Shown one piece after another: positions 62,183-64,000 of a stretch of DNA of 64,000 nt. A program made the position numbers and the translations under genes. Below the pieces are notes generated by a model that was not told the origin of the DNA, did no database searches, and worked only from the letters and a program-made list of their open reading frames with translations. Numbering within the stretch: position 1 is the first letter of the stretch; the number at the start of each line of letters is the position of its first letter. Source of the DNA: an uncultured Lentisphaerales bacterium. Lineage in GTDB: Bacteria; Verrucomicrobiota; Lentisphaeria; JABSQK01; UBA12247. The DNA is taken from assembly GCA_943788985.1 (NCBI GenBank), contig CALSSJ010000021.1, positions 64,001 through 128,000 of the forward strand, in the 5' to 3' direction.

Positions 62183-63368
62183 ATGGATTGCCAGCCATGT
62201 GGCTGGCCTACCAAAGAGCGGAATCCGTGACTTTTTCGAGCTTGTCATGTCCATGGACGATGTCATCTCGCTGGGCGTCGGAGAGCCAGACTTTGATACG
62301 CCTTGGAGCATTCGCAAGGCCACGATCACAGCACTAGAACGCGGATACACCAGCTATACCTCCAATCTCGGGACCCTTGAGCTTCGCGAGACAGTCTGCC
62401 GCTATGTCCAGACAGAGTTTGGCGCGAGCTACGATCCAAAGACCGAGTGCCTGATCACCGTAGGTGTGAGCGAGGGCTTGGATTTGGCCTTGCGCGCCGT
62501 CCTAAATCCGGGTGACGAAGTGATCTACCACGAGCCCTGCTACGTGTCCTATGCGCCTAACGTGATCATGGCCCACGCCACGCCGGTCCCAGTCATTACC
62601 TGCGCAGAGGACGAATTTGCCTTGGATCCGGAGAAGCTTCGTGCCGCGATCACGGACCGCACCAAGGTCTTGCTGCTCAACTTCCCCAATAATCCCACCG
62701 GAGCCACACTATCGGACCGGCAGAAGCTGGAGATCAGCAAGATCGCCTGTGAATTTGACCTGCTGGTCATCACCGACGAGATCTATGCCGAGCTGACCTA
62801 CGAAGGTAACGTGCGTACCATCGCCAGTTACCCCGGTATGCGTGAGCGCACAATCTTCCTGCACGGTCTCAGTAAAGCATATGCTATGACTGGCTATCGC
62901 ATCGGCCACGCCTGCGGGCCCGCTCCGTTGATCGACGCAATGATGAAGATCCACCAGTACTCGATGCTGTGCGCATCACTGATCAGCCAAGAGGCTGCCG
63001 TCGAGGCGCTGCAGAATGGCCGACGGGAAATGCTTGAGATGAAACAGCAGTACCTCGAACGCCGGAACCTGGTGGTCGCACGCTTGAATGCCATGGGCTA
63101 CTCCTGTATGTGCCCGCAAGGCGCGTTCTATGTCTTTCCTGACATTTCTTCCAGTGGCCTCAGCAGTGCGGAGTTCGCACGGCGCCTGCTGGAGGAAGAG
63201 CGGGTAGCAGTTGTGCCGGGGGTCGGCTTTGGTGCGTGCGGCGAAGGCTTCGTCCGCTGTGCGTATGCCGCCGCCATCGAGGATATTGAGATCGCCATGA
63301 CGCGAATGGCCGCGTTTGCGAGTCGCCTCAAGCAGGCGGTCCCGGCTGAGGCAAGCATCACTGCGTGA
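62157..63368 (+). CDS. PLP-dependent aminotransferase class I/II (YugH-like)
   Basis: SGIR.FF, ISLGVGEPDF.TP, FPNNPTG, DEIY, GLSKAYAMTGYRIG, GAFY.F, GEGFVR. Confidence 0.93.
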   Translation: MNDSESPHKWIASHVAGLPKSGIRDFFELVMSMDDVISLGVGEPDFDTPWSIRKATITALERGYTSYTSNLGTLELRETVCRYVQTEFGASYDPKTECLITVGVSEGLDLALRAVLNPGDEVIYHEPCYVSYAPNVIMAHATPVPVITCAEDEFALDPEKLRAAITDRTKVLLLNFPNNPTGATLSDRQKLEISKIACEFDLLVITDEIYAELTYEGNVRTIASYPGMRERTIFLHGLSKAYAMTGYRIGHACGPAPLIDAMMKIHQYSMLCASLISQEAAVEALQNGRREMLEMKQQYLERRNLVVARLNAMGYSCMCPQGAFYVFPDISSSGLSSAEFARRLLEEERVAVVPGVGFGACGEGFVRCAYAAAIEDIEIAMTRMAAFASRLKQAVPAEASITA

Positions 63369-63374
63369 CGCAAG

Positions 63375-64000
63375 ATGCTACACGGTCCGGAGTGCAACGA
63401 GGAAGTCAACACAGAATCTAAGCGCTGTGCCAACTGCCTACTGGACCTGAGTGACATTACCGTCGCTTGGGACGATACCGGCAATGCCACATTGGCGGCG
63501 AAGCGGCACGAAGAACCCCACCAGAATACTCCCGCCAAGGATCGCACCGCAGCAATCCTCACAGCGGTTGGCAGTTATCGGGTTCTCGGCTTTATCGGCA
63601 AAGGTGGCATGGGCCATGTCTACAGAGCCTTGCAGCCCAACCCCCGCCGAGAAGTCGCGCTCAAGCTACTCAGCCAGGGGCGACCGAACAGTGAAGCAGA
63701 TCGGCTTCGTTTCGACGGGAGGCCGCGGTCGCAGCAATGCTGGACCATCCGTATATCGTGCCGATCATCGAGTTCGCCGAGACAGGTTTTGGCGAGGCAT
63801 TCTTTACCATGCCGCTGGTCAAGGGGATCCCACTTGACCAGTAGGTGCGTGATTGCGCGATCGATCGTCGAACAACGATTGAGCTGATGATTCGCGTCTC
63901 CGAAGGAGTCGAGGCTGCCCACCAGCGCGGCGCGATTCACCGAGACTTCAAGCCCGCCAATATTCTCCTGCTTACGGGCCGCTATCCCTACTGTCTGGAG
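63375..64000 (+). pseudogene. Hanks-type Ser/Thr protein kinase, disrupted and cut by the window edge
   Basis: IGKGGMGHVY...VALK; frameshift ~63715; EA...AMLDHPYIV; in-frame TAG ~63842; IHRDFKPANIL. Confidence 0.8.

Overview
GC-rich bacterial chromosomal window with mostly housekeeping and accessory genes and no CRISPR array, rRNA or intact prophage. Dockerin-like, FGE-type, FHA and Ser/Thr-kinase content plus a fused GlyRS suggest a PVC-superphylum organism such as Lentisphaerota; this is inference only. Core genes: menB; a trmB-apbE-UvrD-helicase run; a TRAP fusion permease; nhaA; a single-chain glycyl-tRNA ligase (glyQS); trmL; a KamA radical SAM enzyme; tRNA-His; pilC/gspF; a DEAD-box helicase; an ectoine-type aspartokinase; a parvulin PPIase; Hsp33; an MscK/MscS channel; Mn-SOD; a cNMP-cNMP-C39-ABC exporter; a TolC-MFP-RND operon; tRNA-Ser; a PfkB kinase; an Lrp regulator plus aminotransferase. 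There are three decayed patches: an IS3 stub with a dockerin remnant (~1.0-1.9 kb), a GIY-YIG/NERD/YhcG remnant cluster (~43.8-45.5 kb), and a dead IS3 near tRNA-Ser (~55.0-56.5 kb). Several genes carry 1-nt frameshifts that look like long-read errors. I cannot demonstrate a complete new multi-gene system. The strongest leads are a circularly permuted, CxxC-less TrxR-like flavoprotein fused to a NapH-like membrane 4Fe-4S domain, an orphan cNMP-regulated C39 peptidase exporter, a pseudo-histidine-kinase among FHA and Ser/Thr-kinase genes, and an orphan ImpE/TagJ-like protein. All family calls come from motif recognition by eye, not database searches.
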